Below are positions 26,870 through 35,375 of a stretch of 64,000 bases of DNA, piece by piece. The notes under the pieces are model-generated. The model had not been told where the DNA came from, ran no database searches, and saw only the letters and a program-made list of their open reading frames with translations. Source of the stretch: Candidatus Altiarchaeota archaeon (GTDB lineage: Archaea; Altiarchaeota; Altiarchaeia; IMC4; SCGC-AAA252-I15); assembly GCA_043800705.1 (NCBI GenBank), contig JAZDMS010000018.1:1-64000 (forward strand), written 5' to 3'. Position numbers and translations under genes: made by a program. The stretch's first letter is position 1. Each line of letters begins with the position of its first letter.

Positions 26870-27856
26870 TTATCTGCGCTGCCTCAATCTCCTCGGCAGG
26901 CTCATCAGGGGCGATATTATGCTGTTTTTCCATTTTGACTCGTCGGTGAAGAGCTTCTCCTGGAAAGTCGCGCCGTTTGCGCGCCCGCCAGGCCGGGTGT
27001 CGGCCCTCAGGATGAATGCCTTAGGGACCCTCACGGACGGGTTGTCATCGACCAGCGTCAGCTGCCTTCCACTTCGGGCATCCGGTGCTTTTCGGATGCC
27101 TCGCGCCCTGTGTAGGAACACCCTCGGTATCCTGATGGACGGATTGTCTTCGACGAGGGTGAGCTGCCTGCCTTGTCGCCTCCTTTTCGCCATCTGCCTG
27201 GCCCTGCCCCAGATGGGTTGCAGAACCTCGCCCCCGGACAGCCTAATCTGGCATAGGGCCGCGCCGATAGTCGTCGGCTCCCTCATCCTTTCCCTGCCGA
27301 CCATCCTTTTTCGCAGGAGGTCGTATTCGCAGATCTGCCGCCCGTCCCTAATTATCGAAAGCCTCAGAAGCCTTTGGCTTATGTCCTTCTCCTCGTTGGC
27401 CTTGAAGTATGCCAGCAATTCCCCGAACCTTCCCTCATCGATTTCCCCAAGCTCTACGACCGCATGCAGCCTCGTGCCGAGGTCCGGCTTTTGGAGCTCA
27501 CAGAATGTGTTCAGCCTCTCTACCAGCTCCGCCCTCAGGGTCTTGAGGCTTTCGGCAGGCTCTATGTCGAGGCATATCCCCCTCAGATCGTTTGAGAACC
27601 ATTTCTTTCCTGGATCGAAGTGCGCGAACTCCCTGATCCTGAAGGATACGAGCCCGGAACCTGATGCCGCCTCCTCCACAGCAGCGATGATGTCCGCCTC
27701 GTGGGCGGAATTCGCGGGGCCGTACAGGATGATAGACGGGACGTAGTCTTTTGCGACTCCCTTGATGTTGAACCTCCTGCAAGCCACGTAGATCAGCCTC
27801 CGCATATGCTCCCTGGCGTATCCCGCAAGCCTGATATCTATCCTGTATTCTGGCAT
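26870..27856 (-). CDS. Degenerate 2H-phosphoesterase-like protein with a C-terminal 34-aa repeat
   Basis: 2H-like layout with PSIIL and HAVV in place of HxT; GRQLTLV(E/D)DNPS(I/V)R(I/V)P occurs twice. Confidence 0.6.
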   Translation of the reverse strand: MPEYRIDIRLAGYAREHMRRLIYVACRRFNIKGVAKDYVPSIILYGPANSAHEADIIAAVEEAASGSGLVSFRIREFAHFDPGKKWFSNDLRGICLDIEPAESLKTLRAELVERLNTFCELQKPDLGTRLHAVVELGEIDEGRFGELLAYFKANEEKDISQRLLRLSIIRDGRQICEYDLLRKRMVGRERMREPTTIGAALCQIRLSGGEVLQPIWGRARQMAKRRRQGRQLTLVEDNPSIRIPRVFLHRARGIRKAPDARSGRQLTLVDDNPSVRVPKAFILRADTRPGGRANGATFQEKLFTDESKWKNSIISPLMSLPRRLRQRR

Positions 27857-27934
27857 CCGTTTAGAAATTATTTCTTTTCGGAAATAAGCGGAAAATCATC
27901 CCCTGCAGGCCGGGGTCGGGATGCCTCCCCCCTT

Positions 27935-28240
27935 TCAGGCATCCCCCTGCCCCACCCCGATCCCGATGCATGAGCGCTCCTCCGTCTCGCTTCTGAAATT
28001 CAGCCAACCTTTCGGGTCCTCTTCAGCAGCTCCCTGGAAGACGCAGATGGGGCACACATGCCTTTTTATCTCCTCCATGAAAGACCAGGTCCGGATATCC
28101 TGCAAAAGCCTGGTCCCGCATCTTGGACAAATCTCCATTTTGAATGCCGGCGTTCGAACTATCATGCCGCTGCCTAACTGCTGCGGCATTATATGCCCCA
28201 TCACCTCATCAACAAATTGCTCGGCCCTTATATTAACCAT
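27935..28240 (-). CDS. Small zinc-ribbon protein
   Basis: CPRC ... CPIC. Confidence 0.5.
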   Translation of the reverse strand: MVNIRAEQFVDEVMGHIMPQQLGSGMIVRTPAFKMEICPRCGTRLLQDIRTWSFMEEIKRHVCPICVFQGAAEEDPKGWLNFRSETEERSCIGIGVGQGDA

Positions 28241-28285
28241 CCGGCCAACTTAGTGCCAAAATAGGGCCACGGTGCGTTTAATGGC

Positions 28286-29980
28286 TCAAAGAAGGACGAG
28301 TCTCATCGTGACTCCAGTGATGGCCGTCACTGCGAGCATAAGGGCCATCGCCTTCAGGAAATCCCATGGCCCGAATTCGGTGTATAGCACGGTAAGCGTT
28401 GCAAGGCATGGGAAGGATATCACGACCAGAGTCGATGCCACAGTCAGCTCCATCGACGACATCGGTATCGGAGACAGCATGCCGACTGCGAAGTCCTTGC
28501 GAAGGAAGCCCACGATGACCGCGATCACCGCCTCCTTGGGTAGGCCGAAGAGGGCCGACATCGGTGGGCCGAATGTCCTGGCGAACGCGTCGACTGCTCC
28601 GGTGGTCTTCAATAGGTTGACTGCGAATACGCCGACCATGATCTGCGGCGCCGCCTCGGTCAGGAAATGCCTGACCCTCAGCCAGGTCTTCTTCAGCGCG
28701 GTCCCAAGCCGCGGCAGCCTGTACGGCGGTATCTCCAGCAGCATCTCCGGGCTGTCTCCCGGAATGAGCCTGTTCAAGGCCGTCCCTATCAGCACGAACA
28801 GAAGGGTGACGGTTCCGTAGACTATGAGGACGTATTGCAGGCCGCGCGGCGCCAGGAGGCCGAAGATGACCGCGTTCTGGGCCAGGCACGGGATGCAGAT
28901 GGAAAGTAGGGTCGCGGATATGAACCTCTGCTTCCTGGTCTCGAGGATCCTCGTCGCCAGTATGCCGGGGACCCTGCATCCCATCCCCAATGCCGCTGGG
29001 ATGATTGCGGATCCGTGGAGGCCCACCCTGTGCATGACGTTGTCAAGGAGCGTTGCAAGCCGCGGGAGGTAGCCCGTGTCCTCCAGCATGCTGAGTGCGA
29101 AGTAGAAAAGGGCGACGAACGGGAGGATCATGGCGAAGGGCACGTAGAAACCCGTAGTCAGCAGGCCGAGGCCGTCGACTATGTCCGGGCTTGAGTCGAT
29201 GAGTATGTCATGCAGCGGGCCTGATGGGACGGCGGTCCCTACCACGTACGTCATCGCCGGCGTCCATACACCCCTGAAGAACGGGTCCAATGCGGCGACG
29301 ATGGCGTTGCCTGCGCCCACTATTGCGAAAAAGGTCAGAAGAAGCACGAACAGCGCGATCGGCAGACCGGTCAACGGCTTGATTGTCGAATCCTCCAGAA
29401 GCTCGATTAGCGTATGCCCTTTATCGTGTAGGGCCTGAACCGATCCGACTATGTGCCCTACGTGCTTCCAGCGCTCGTCGTCGGTCCGCTTGGCTGCCTG
29501 GGGCCTTGCTTCGCGGAGGCGTTCCACGAGATCCTTCACCCCCTCCCCGGTAACCGCCACCGTACCGACGACGGGTACTCCGAGCAGCTCCTCCAGCAGT
29601 TTCCTGTCGATTTCCACGCCCAAGTGTTTGGCGTCGTCCGCCATGTTCAATGCGACGACCGCAGCCTTGCCAGACTCGATGACCTGGAGGGCCAGATAGA
29701 GGCTCCTCTCAAGGTTGGTGGCGTCCACTACGTCCACCACCACGTCGGCGGATGCGAGCATGTCAGCCGCGGCGCACTCTGCGGGGGTTTCGGCGCTGAA
29801 GGAATATATGCCCGGAGTGTCCACGACTTCTGCGACGATATCGCCGTATCTCATGGTGCCTGTGCAGAGGCTGACCGTGGTGCCGGGATAGTTCGAGCAG
29901 ACGACCCCCACTCCGGTCAGCCTGTGGAAAAGGGAGCTTTTTCCCACGTTCGGATTGCCAAGGAGCGCGATCCTCATCAT
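28286..29980 (-). CDS. feoB: Ferrous iron transporter B
   Basis: GNPNVGKS, NYPGTTV, DTPG, NMAD, LEDTGYLPR, GCRVP, LEIPPYRLP. Confidence 0.93.
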   Translation of the reverse strand: MMRIALLGNPNVGKSSLFHRLTGVGVVCSNYPGTTVSLCTGTMRYGDIVAEVVDTPGIYSFSAETPAECAAADMLASADVVVDVVDATNLERSLYLALQVIESGKAAVVALNMADDAKHLGVEIDRKLLEELLGVPVVGTVAVTGEGVKDLVERLREARPQAAKRTDDERWKHVGHIVGSVQALHDKGHTLIELLEDSTIKPLTGLPIALFVLLLTFFAIVGAGNAIVAALDPFFRGVWTPAMTYVVGTAVPSGPLHDILIDSSPDIVDGLGLLTTGFYVPFAMILPFVALFYFALSMLEDTGYLPRLATLLDNVMHRVGLHGSAIIPAALGMGCRVPGILATRILETRKQRFISATLLSICIPCLAQNAVIFGLLAPRGLQYVLIVYGTVTLLFVLIGTALNRLIPGDSPEMLLEIPPYRLPRLGTALKKTWLRVRHFLTEAAPQIMVGVFAVNLLKTTGAVDAFARTFGPPMSALFGLPKEAVIAVIVGFLRKDFAVGMLSPIPMSSMELTVASTLVVISFPCLATLTVLYTEFGPWDFLKAMALMLAVTAITGVTMRLVLL

Positions 29981-30612
29981 GCCACCCGTATCTTAGAAGC
30001 CATGCCTCGGCCGATAGTCACGCTTGTGTTCCCGGATTTCACGACTATGGGTCCTCCGAACGGTTCCCTGGCGACCACCCTGAGGGCCTTACCCTCCCGG
30101 ACGCCGATGGCCCTCATCCTGTTCTGAAAGCTGTCGCCCCCTTCGAGGGAGTCGACCCTCACGAGGGACCCTATCATGGCATCGATCAGGGTCTTTTTAG
30201 CCCCGTCCAGTGCCTTTGGAATCGGCTTCCGGTCGTCGGGGCAGACTTTTGGGTGCTTCATGAGCCTGTCCAACGCGTCAGCAGCCTCGTCGGAGAGGCT
30301 GTGTTCCATCTTGCACGCCTGGCCGTGGACCCTGCCAATCGAGATCTTGAGGACGTCGTGCAGGAACCGCTCAAGGAGCCTGTGCTTCCGTTTCAGCTTC
30401 GCCGCCGCCTCAAGGCCGGTCCGGGTCAGCGCCACCCCCTTATAGGGCTTCCTCGTGATGTAGCCTTCGAGGTGGAGCTTCTTCAGCATCTGCGTCGCGG
30501 ATGCCGGCTTCACCCCCACAGCCGACGCTATGAGGTTCGTCGACGCGCTCTTGCCGTCCTCGATCAGACTGTATATGGCCTCGAGGTATTCCTCCCTGTT
30601 GTCCGACCTCAC
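29977..30612 (-). CDS. DtxR/MntR metal-dependent repressor with a C-terminal FeoA domain
   Basis: EEYLEAIY, SATQMLKKL, RKHRLLERFL, ACKMEH, FeoA-like tail TIGRGMASKIRV. Confidence 0.9.
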   Translation of the reverse strand: MRSDNREEYLEAIYSLIEDGKSASTNLIASAVGVKPASATQMLKKLHLEGYITRKPYKGVALTRTGLEAAAKLKRKHRLLERFLHDVLKISIGRVHGQACKMEHSLSDEAADALDRLMKHPKVCPDDRKPIPKALDGAKKTLIDAMIGSLVRVDSLEGGDSFQNRMRAIGVREGKALRVVAREPFGGPIVVKSGNTSVTIGRGMASKIRVA

Positions 30613-30642
30613 ACCATCATATGGGGATGGATGGAATATAAA

Positions 30643-30658
30643 TTTAGGCGTACCTAAA
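30643..30658. promoter_or_regulatory. Putative DtxR-family operator
   Basis: Palindrome TTTAGG-CGTA-CCTAAA next to a TATA-like element, about 30 nt upstream of the repressor start. Confidence 0.65.
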
Positions 30659-30705
30659 CAGTTATCCCCAATGTCTTATATTCGCCAGCTTCCATTATCC
30701 TCTTC

Positions 30706-31098
30706 ATGCCGATAGTGCGCATAGAGCTCGTCAGGGGCCGCTCGACCCTGGAGCGGCGGGCGATAATGGATGCGGTACGCCGTACGATCGCGGAGTCTTT
30801 GAAGGTCCCTGATGAGTCGATCACCCAGAGGATGTACGTCCTTGACAGGGAATGCTTCGACATACCCCCAGGCAGGTCGGACAAATACGTCCTCATAGAG
30901 GTGACGATGTTTCCCGGCCGCTCCAAGGAGGCGAAAAAGAAGATGTATTCCGCCATCGTTGAATGCCTTGGCAGGGAAACCGGAATCGACCAGCTTGACG
31001 TATTCATCGTAGTGAAGGAGCCTCCCCTCCCCAACTGGGGCATACGCGGCGGGAAGCCGGCGGACGAAGCCGACCTAGGATACGAGCTTAAGGTCTGA
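30706..31098 (+). CDS. Tautomerase family protein
   Basis: N-terminal Pro (MPIVRI), IEVTMFPGRSKEAKKKMY, NWGIRGG. Confidence 0.88.
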   Translation: MPIVRIELVRGRSTLERRAIMDAVRRTIAESLKVPDESITQRMYVLDRECFDIPPGRSDKYVLIEVTMFPGRSKEAKKKMYSAIVECLGRETGIDQLDVFIVVKEPPLPNWGIRGGKPADEADLGYELKV

Positions 31099-31100
31099 AG

Positions 31101-32135
31101 ATGGATCACATGAAGCACATGAAGGAGTGGGTGAAGTACCTTGCGCCCTATAGCCCGGGCAAGACAGTGGATGGGACCATCAAGCTGTCGAGCAACGAGA
31201 ACAACTACGGACCGAGCCCGAATGTCATAGCCGGCCTGAAGAAATCCGCCCACAAGGTATTCATGTATCCCTACAAGGACGAGGAAGTGAAGGCCGCACT
31301 CGCAAAATACTGCGGCGCGAAGCCCGGGAACATCGTCCTCGGCAACGGCTCCGACGAACTGATCGAGCTGATCGTGAAGGTGTTCCACGGACCGATAGGA
31401 AGCCACTACCCGACGTTCGCAGAGTATCCGACGTATGCTAAGATGCACGACATACCCTACGTCAGCTCCAACTTAGGGGCTGGGTTCGCATTCGAGGCGG
31501 GCAGGTTCCTGCGGGAGACGAAGGATGCAAGGATACTATTCCTGTGCACCCCCAACAACCCGACAGGCACCATCATCTCCCGCTACGACGTCGAGAAGGT
31601 CGCGGCGACCGGCAAAATAGTCGTCGTCGACGAGGCATACGCAGAATTCTGGGGGGTCACGTACGCGGATCTGCCGTCGAAATGCCCCAACGTCATAGTC
31701 CTGAAGACCCTCGCGAAGGCGTTCGGCCTAGCCGGGTTGCGCATCGGATACGCGATCGCGGCACCCGACGTCGCGGACGCCCTCGCCAGGGTCAAGGCCC
31801 CATTCAACGTCAACTACGTCGCCCACGAGGCCGCGCTCCTGGCATTGAAGGACCTCCCATACATGAGAAGGACGGTGAAGAAGCTAGTCAAGGACAGGGA
31901 GGTCGTCGCCAAGAGCATCGCAAAGAGATTCAAGGTCATACCCTCCGAGACGAACTTCCTTCTCGTTGACGTGTCGCCGATGAGCCCCGGAGAGTTCTTC
32001 GACAGGATGCTGAAGGAGAAGATAGTCGTGAGGCCGCAGCCGCGGTTCGAAGGCTTCCCCGGAAACTGGGTGAGGATAACGATAGGGACGTCGGCGCAGA
32101 ACAGGAAGCTGATGAAGGCGGTCGACAGGATTTAG
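31101..32135 (+). CDS. hisC: Histidinol-phosphate aminotransferase
   Basis: KLSSNEN, GNGSDELI, PNNPTG, DEAYAEF, KTLAKAFGLAGLRIGY. Confidence 0.9.
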   Translation: MDHMKHMKEWVKYLAPYSPGKTVDGTIKLSSNENNYGPSPNVIAGLKKSAHKVFMYPYKDEEVKAALAKYCGAKPGNIVLGNGSDELIELIVKVFHGPIGSHYPTFAEYPTYAKMHDIPYVSSNLGAGFAFEAGRFLRETKDARILFLCTPNNPTGTIISRYDVEKVAATGKIVVVDEAYAEFWGVTYADLPSKCPNVIVLKTLAKAFGLAGLRIGYAIAAPDVADALARVKAPFNVNYVAHEAALLALKDLPYMRRTVKKLVKDREVVAKSIAKRFKVIPSETNFLLVDVSPMSPGEFFDRMLKEKIVVRPQPRFEGFPGNWVRITIGTSAQNRKLMKAVDRI

Positions 32136-33001
32136 TGGCCTGTCTGCCATCCCCTGCTTCTTTCAAACGGTCTCATCTGCGGATGTATCCCAAATCTGGA
32201 TACCGGCACGTTCTCCTTTTCCGCCTCCACTTCCAGTCGCACCATAGCCACGTGGACTTTTCCGTCTTTTCTGAGGGGGTGCAATCTGACGTATTCCTTC
32301 GCCACTTCGTCTATGAACTCCTCCCTCAGGCCTTCCGGGACGCTCTCCGTGTAAGGCAGCCACGTAGAGCGTATCCAGCCTTTGAATCCCTCAGGCCATA
32401 CCTGAGTCATATCCCTCTCGATGAGTTCGATCCGTCTGGGTGCAAGGCCCGCCTCCTTCATCCACGGCTCATACTCTTTCGGGCTCCAGAATCCGAACGG
32501 AGACTCGTATCCAGTGAAATAGTCGCGCCACTTCTCCGACTCCGCAAACGCGTCCATGACCCTGAAGGTATCGGCAGCATTCCCCTTCCCCCCCATCTGG
32601 ATGAGAATCCTCCCGCCTGGTCTGAGGCTGGCGGCGACCTTTTTTAGCATCCTCCTGTGGTCTTTTATCCAATGTAAGGTCGCATTCGAGAACACGACAT
32701 CGAACTCGCCTCTGTAGCCCATCTTCAGGACATCCATCACCTCAAAGCTGAGGTTCGGGAATCTGGCTGGAGGATATTCCCTTTTAGCGTGTCCTATCAT
32801 GTCTTCGCTGGAGTCGATGCCGAGGGCAGTGCCCCTCGGCAGTCTGGCTGCGATTTCTGACGTGTTTTTCCCGTCGCCGCAGCCGACGTCAAGGACCCTC
32901 TCGTCTCCCTTGAGCCCAAGCTTGTCGATGAGCTCGGTTGCGAGGCCTCTCTGGAAGGAGGCATTCTTGTCGTATCCGCGGGCGTCCCACTTGTACCTCA
33001 T
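32132..33001 (-). CDS. Trans-aconitate-methyltransferase-like class I SAM methyltransferase
   Basis: VLDVGCGDG, FDVVFSNATLHW, LRPGG, WLPY, MVRLEVEA. Confidence 0.88.
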   Translation of the reverse strand: MRYKWDARGYDKNASFQRGLATELIDKLGLKGDERVLDVGCGDGKNTSEIAARLPRGTALGIDSSEDMIGHAKREYPPARFPNLSFEVMDVLKMGYRGEFDVVFSNATLHWIKDHRRMLKKVAASLRPGGRILIQMGGKGNAADTFRVMDAFAESEKWRDYFTGYESPFGFWSPKEYEPWMKEAGLAPRRIELIERDMTQVWPEGFKGWIRSTWLPYTESVPEGLREEFIDEVAKEYVRLHPLRKDGKVHVAMVRLEVEAEKENVPVSRFGIHPQMRPFERSRGWQTGH

Positions 33002-33078
33002 AAATCTATAACATTGGAAAGCTCGTTTTTTAACCCTGAATAGACAATAATAATCCCCAATTCGGTGGTGTAATACAT

Positions 33079-33837
33079 ATGATAGGCAAGGCAATTCGGA
33101 TGGAGCGCATCATGGACCGCAAGAGCGGGAACATGGTGATAGTCCCGTTGGACCATGGAGTGACCGTTGGGCCCATACAGGGCCTTGAAAACCTCGTCGA
33201 GACAGTGAACGACGTGGCCAAGGGCGGCGCCAACGCCGTCCTCATGCACAAGGGCATGGTGGGGAAGGGTCACCGCGGCTATGGCGGAGACATCGGCCTC
33301 ATCATCCACCTCAACGCGGGAAGTTCCGTGGCGCCGGACCCGAACAACAAGATAGTCGTGACGACTGTGAAGGAGGCGGTCCGCATCGGAGCCGACGCGG
33401 TCTCGATACACGTCAACGTCGGCGCGGACAAGGAGCACCAGATGCTCCGCGACCTCGGCATGGCCGCAGAGGAATGCGCGGACTTCGGCATACCCCTCTT
33501 GGCGATGATGTACCCGAGGGGCCCGGACATAAAGAACCCGCACGACGTAAAGTACGTAAAACACGTGGCGAGGCTCGGCGCAGAGCTCGGCGCGGACATA
33601 GTCAAGACACTCTACACCGGCGACAAGAAGACCTTCAAGGAGGTCGTCGAAGGCTGCCCAGTACCGATAGTGATTGCGGGCGGCCCGAAGATGGACAGCG
33701 AGGCCGAGCTTCTGAAGATGGTGGAGGACGCCATCGACTGCGGCGCGAAGGGGATCTCGATCGGCAGAAACATCTTCCAGGCAAAGGACAGGGTCGAATT
33801 GACGAGGAAACTCTGCAGAATCGTCCATCGCAGATGA
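33079..33837 (+). CDS. DhnA-type class I aldolase (2-amino-3,7-dideoxy-D-threo-hept-6-ulosonate synthase-like)
   Basis: [35 protein letters not shown]. Confidence 0.9.
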   Translation: MIGKAIRMERIMDRKSGNMVIVPLDHGVTVGPIQGLENLVETVNDVAKGGANAVLMHKGMVGKGHRGYGGDIGLIIHLNAGSSVAPDPNNKIVVTTVKEAVRIGADAVSIHVNVGADKEHQMLRDLGMAAEECADFGIPLLAMMYPRGPDIKNPHDVKYVKHVARLGAELGADIVKTLYTGDKKTFKEVVEGCPVPIVIAGGPKMDSEAELLKMVEDAIDCGAKGISIGRNIFQAKDRVELTRKLCRIVHRR

Positions 33838-33841
33838 TAAA

Positions 33842-34759
33842 ATGGCATACAACCTAGGCAGGAACTCGAAGACGAAGGGCGTCATGCGGACCGGGCCGAA
33901 GAACCAGCAGACCCGCGTCTCCGAACGCGACGGCGAGCTCATGAAGGTGGCTTCGAAGAAGGTCATATCGACGCATCCGTCCAACACAATAAAGAACGCA
34001 GCCTCGATGATGCGCGACGACGATGTGAGGCGGCTTCCCGTGATACATGCCGGGACCGGCAAGCTAGAGGGCCTGCTCACCGCAGTCGACATACTGGACT
34101 TCATGGGCGGGGGTCCGAAGTACAACATAATCGAGTCCGACTACAGAGGCAACTTCCTCGCGGCCGTCAACTGCCATGTCCAGAAGATCATGCGGGAGGC
34201 GCAGTACCTGCCCAAGAGCGCATCGGTCGACGATGCCATCCGGCTGATGCTCGAAAAACGCTCAAGCTGCATCCCCGTGGTTGCCAGCGAGAAGGAGCTC
34301 ACCGTCGTCGGGCTCGTGACGGAACGCGACGTCCTGCCGATGATTGACCCGGACGGGATGGGTGTCAAGGTCGGGGACATCATGAAGCGGGACCTGATCA
34401 CCGCGTCCCCGGGGATGATGATATCCGACGTCAGCAAGGTGATGGTCCGAAACCAGCTGCGAAGGCTGCCTGTCATACTTGAGGACAAGCTCGTCGGCGT
34501 CGTCACATCCCTCGACGTCCTCGGATACCTCCATGACGGACACTTCAAGGGAGCCGACGCCGAAATCAACCTGTCCACACGCGTGCAGGAGATCATGCAG
34601 GAGACCGTCACCACGGTGGGTCCGGAAGACGACGTCAACGAGGTGATCAGGCTCGTGAAGGAGACCGGCTTCGGCGGGTTCCCGGTCTCGACGGACGGCA
34701 GACTCGCGGGGATAATCACGATATCCGACATATTCCACTGGATATACGAGAACGGGTGA
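33842..34759 (+). CDS. Four-CBS-domain protein
   Basis: RRLPV, DILDFMGGG, GLVTERD, GIITISD. Confidence 0.88.
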   Translation: MAYNLGRNSKTKGVMRTGPKNQQTRVSERDGELMKVASKKVISTHPSNTIKNAASMMRDDDVRRLPVIHAGTGKLEGLLTAVDILDFMGGGPKYNIIESDYRGNFLAAVNCHVQKIMREAQYLPKSASVDDAIRLMLEKRSSCIPVVASEKELTVVGLVTERDVLPMIDPDGMGVKVGDIMKRDLITASPGMMISDVSKVMVRNQLRRLPVILEDKLVGVVTSLDVLGYLHDGHFKGADAEINLSTRVQEIMQETVTTVGPEDDVNEVIRLVKETGFGGFPVSTDGRLAGIITISDIFHWIYENG

Positions 34760-35107
34760 CTACTCCCCCCCTTTCAGGAGCTTCTCCGCCTTTCCTCTGT
34801 AGTAACGTATATAGTAGTCGCCGATGTCATTCATCCCGGATTCCTTGAAATCGGCAAGGAGCATCCTGACGACCCTCACCCCCCTTGCATTCCTTCCCGC
34901 CAGGACGTCCATGATTATCCCCCTGTCAGACAGATCGGAGGCCATGGCATCGAGCAGATTTGCCACTAATGTCTGGTCAGTCAAGTCCCGGTAGAACCGT
35001 ATCCTCTTGCACACGAACTGTCTGTCCTTTTCGTCCATCCTTCCATAGGATTCTCGGTCCAAGCCTTCGGATGCCAGCTCTGTGTCGGTCAGCGCATCAT
35101 CAGGCAT
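34760..35107 (-). CDS. Hypothetical protein (115 aa)
   Basis: MPDDALTD start overlaps the upstream stop and follows a GGAGG ribosome-binding site. Confidence 0.55.
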   Translation of the reverse strand: MPDDALTDTELASEGLDRESYGRMDEKDRQFVCKRIRFYRDLTDQTLVANLLDAMASDLSDRGIIMDVLAGRNARGVRVVRMLLADFKESGMNDIGDYYIRYYRGKAEKLLKGGE

Positions 35108-35375
35108 GTTTATCCTCCACTCGGCCGATGTATCCTGAGTCAAAGAGCCCGTACGCTGCCTCGGCAAGGAACTCCCGCTCATCGGGGCCGACACGTCGAG
35201 GTAGGCTTCCCCCCCGTCTCGCATCCACAGGATTCGAAAGCAGCTTGGCCAATGCGGCGTCTTGGCTTTCCACCACGGTCCCTCTTCCCACCTCATACCA
35301 GGCTCTCCCAGCCTCGTCAAATACTATTTTTCCGCAATCTCTCGAAATCCTGTAGAAGATGAACCGTTCCATCAA
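35100..35375 (-). CDS. Hypothetical protein (91 aa)
   Basis: Start overlaps the metalloprotease stop, with GGAGGAGG upstream. Confidence 0.55.
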   Translation of the reverse strand: MMERFIFYRISRDCGKIVFDEAGRAWYEVGRGTVVESQDAALAKLLSNPVDARRGGSLPRRVGPDEREFLAEAAYGLFDSGYIGRVEDKHA

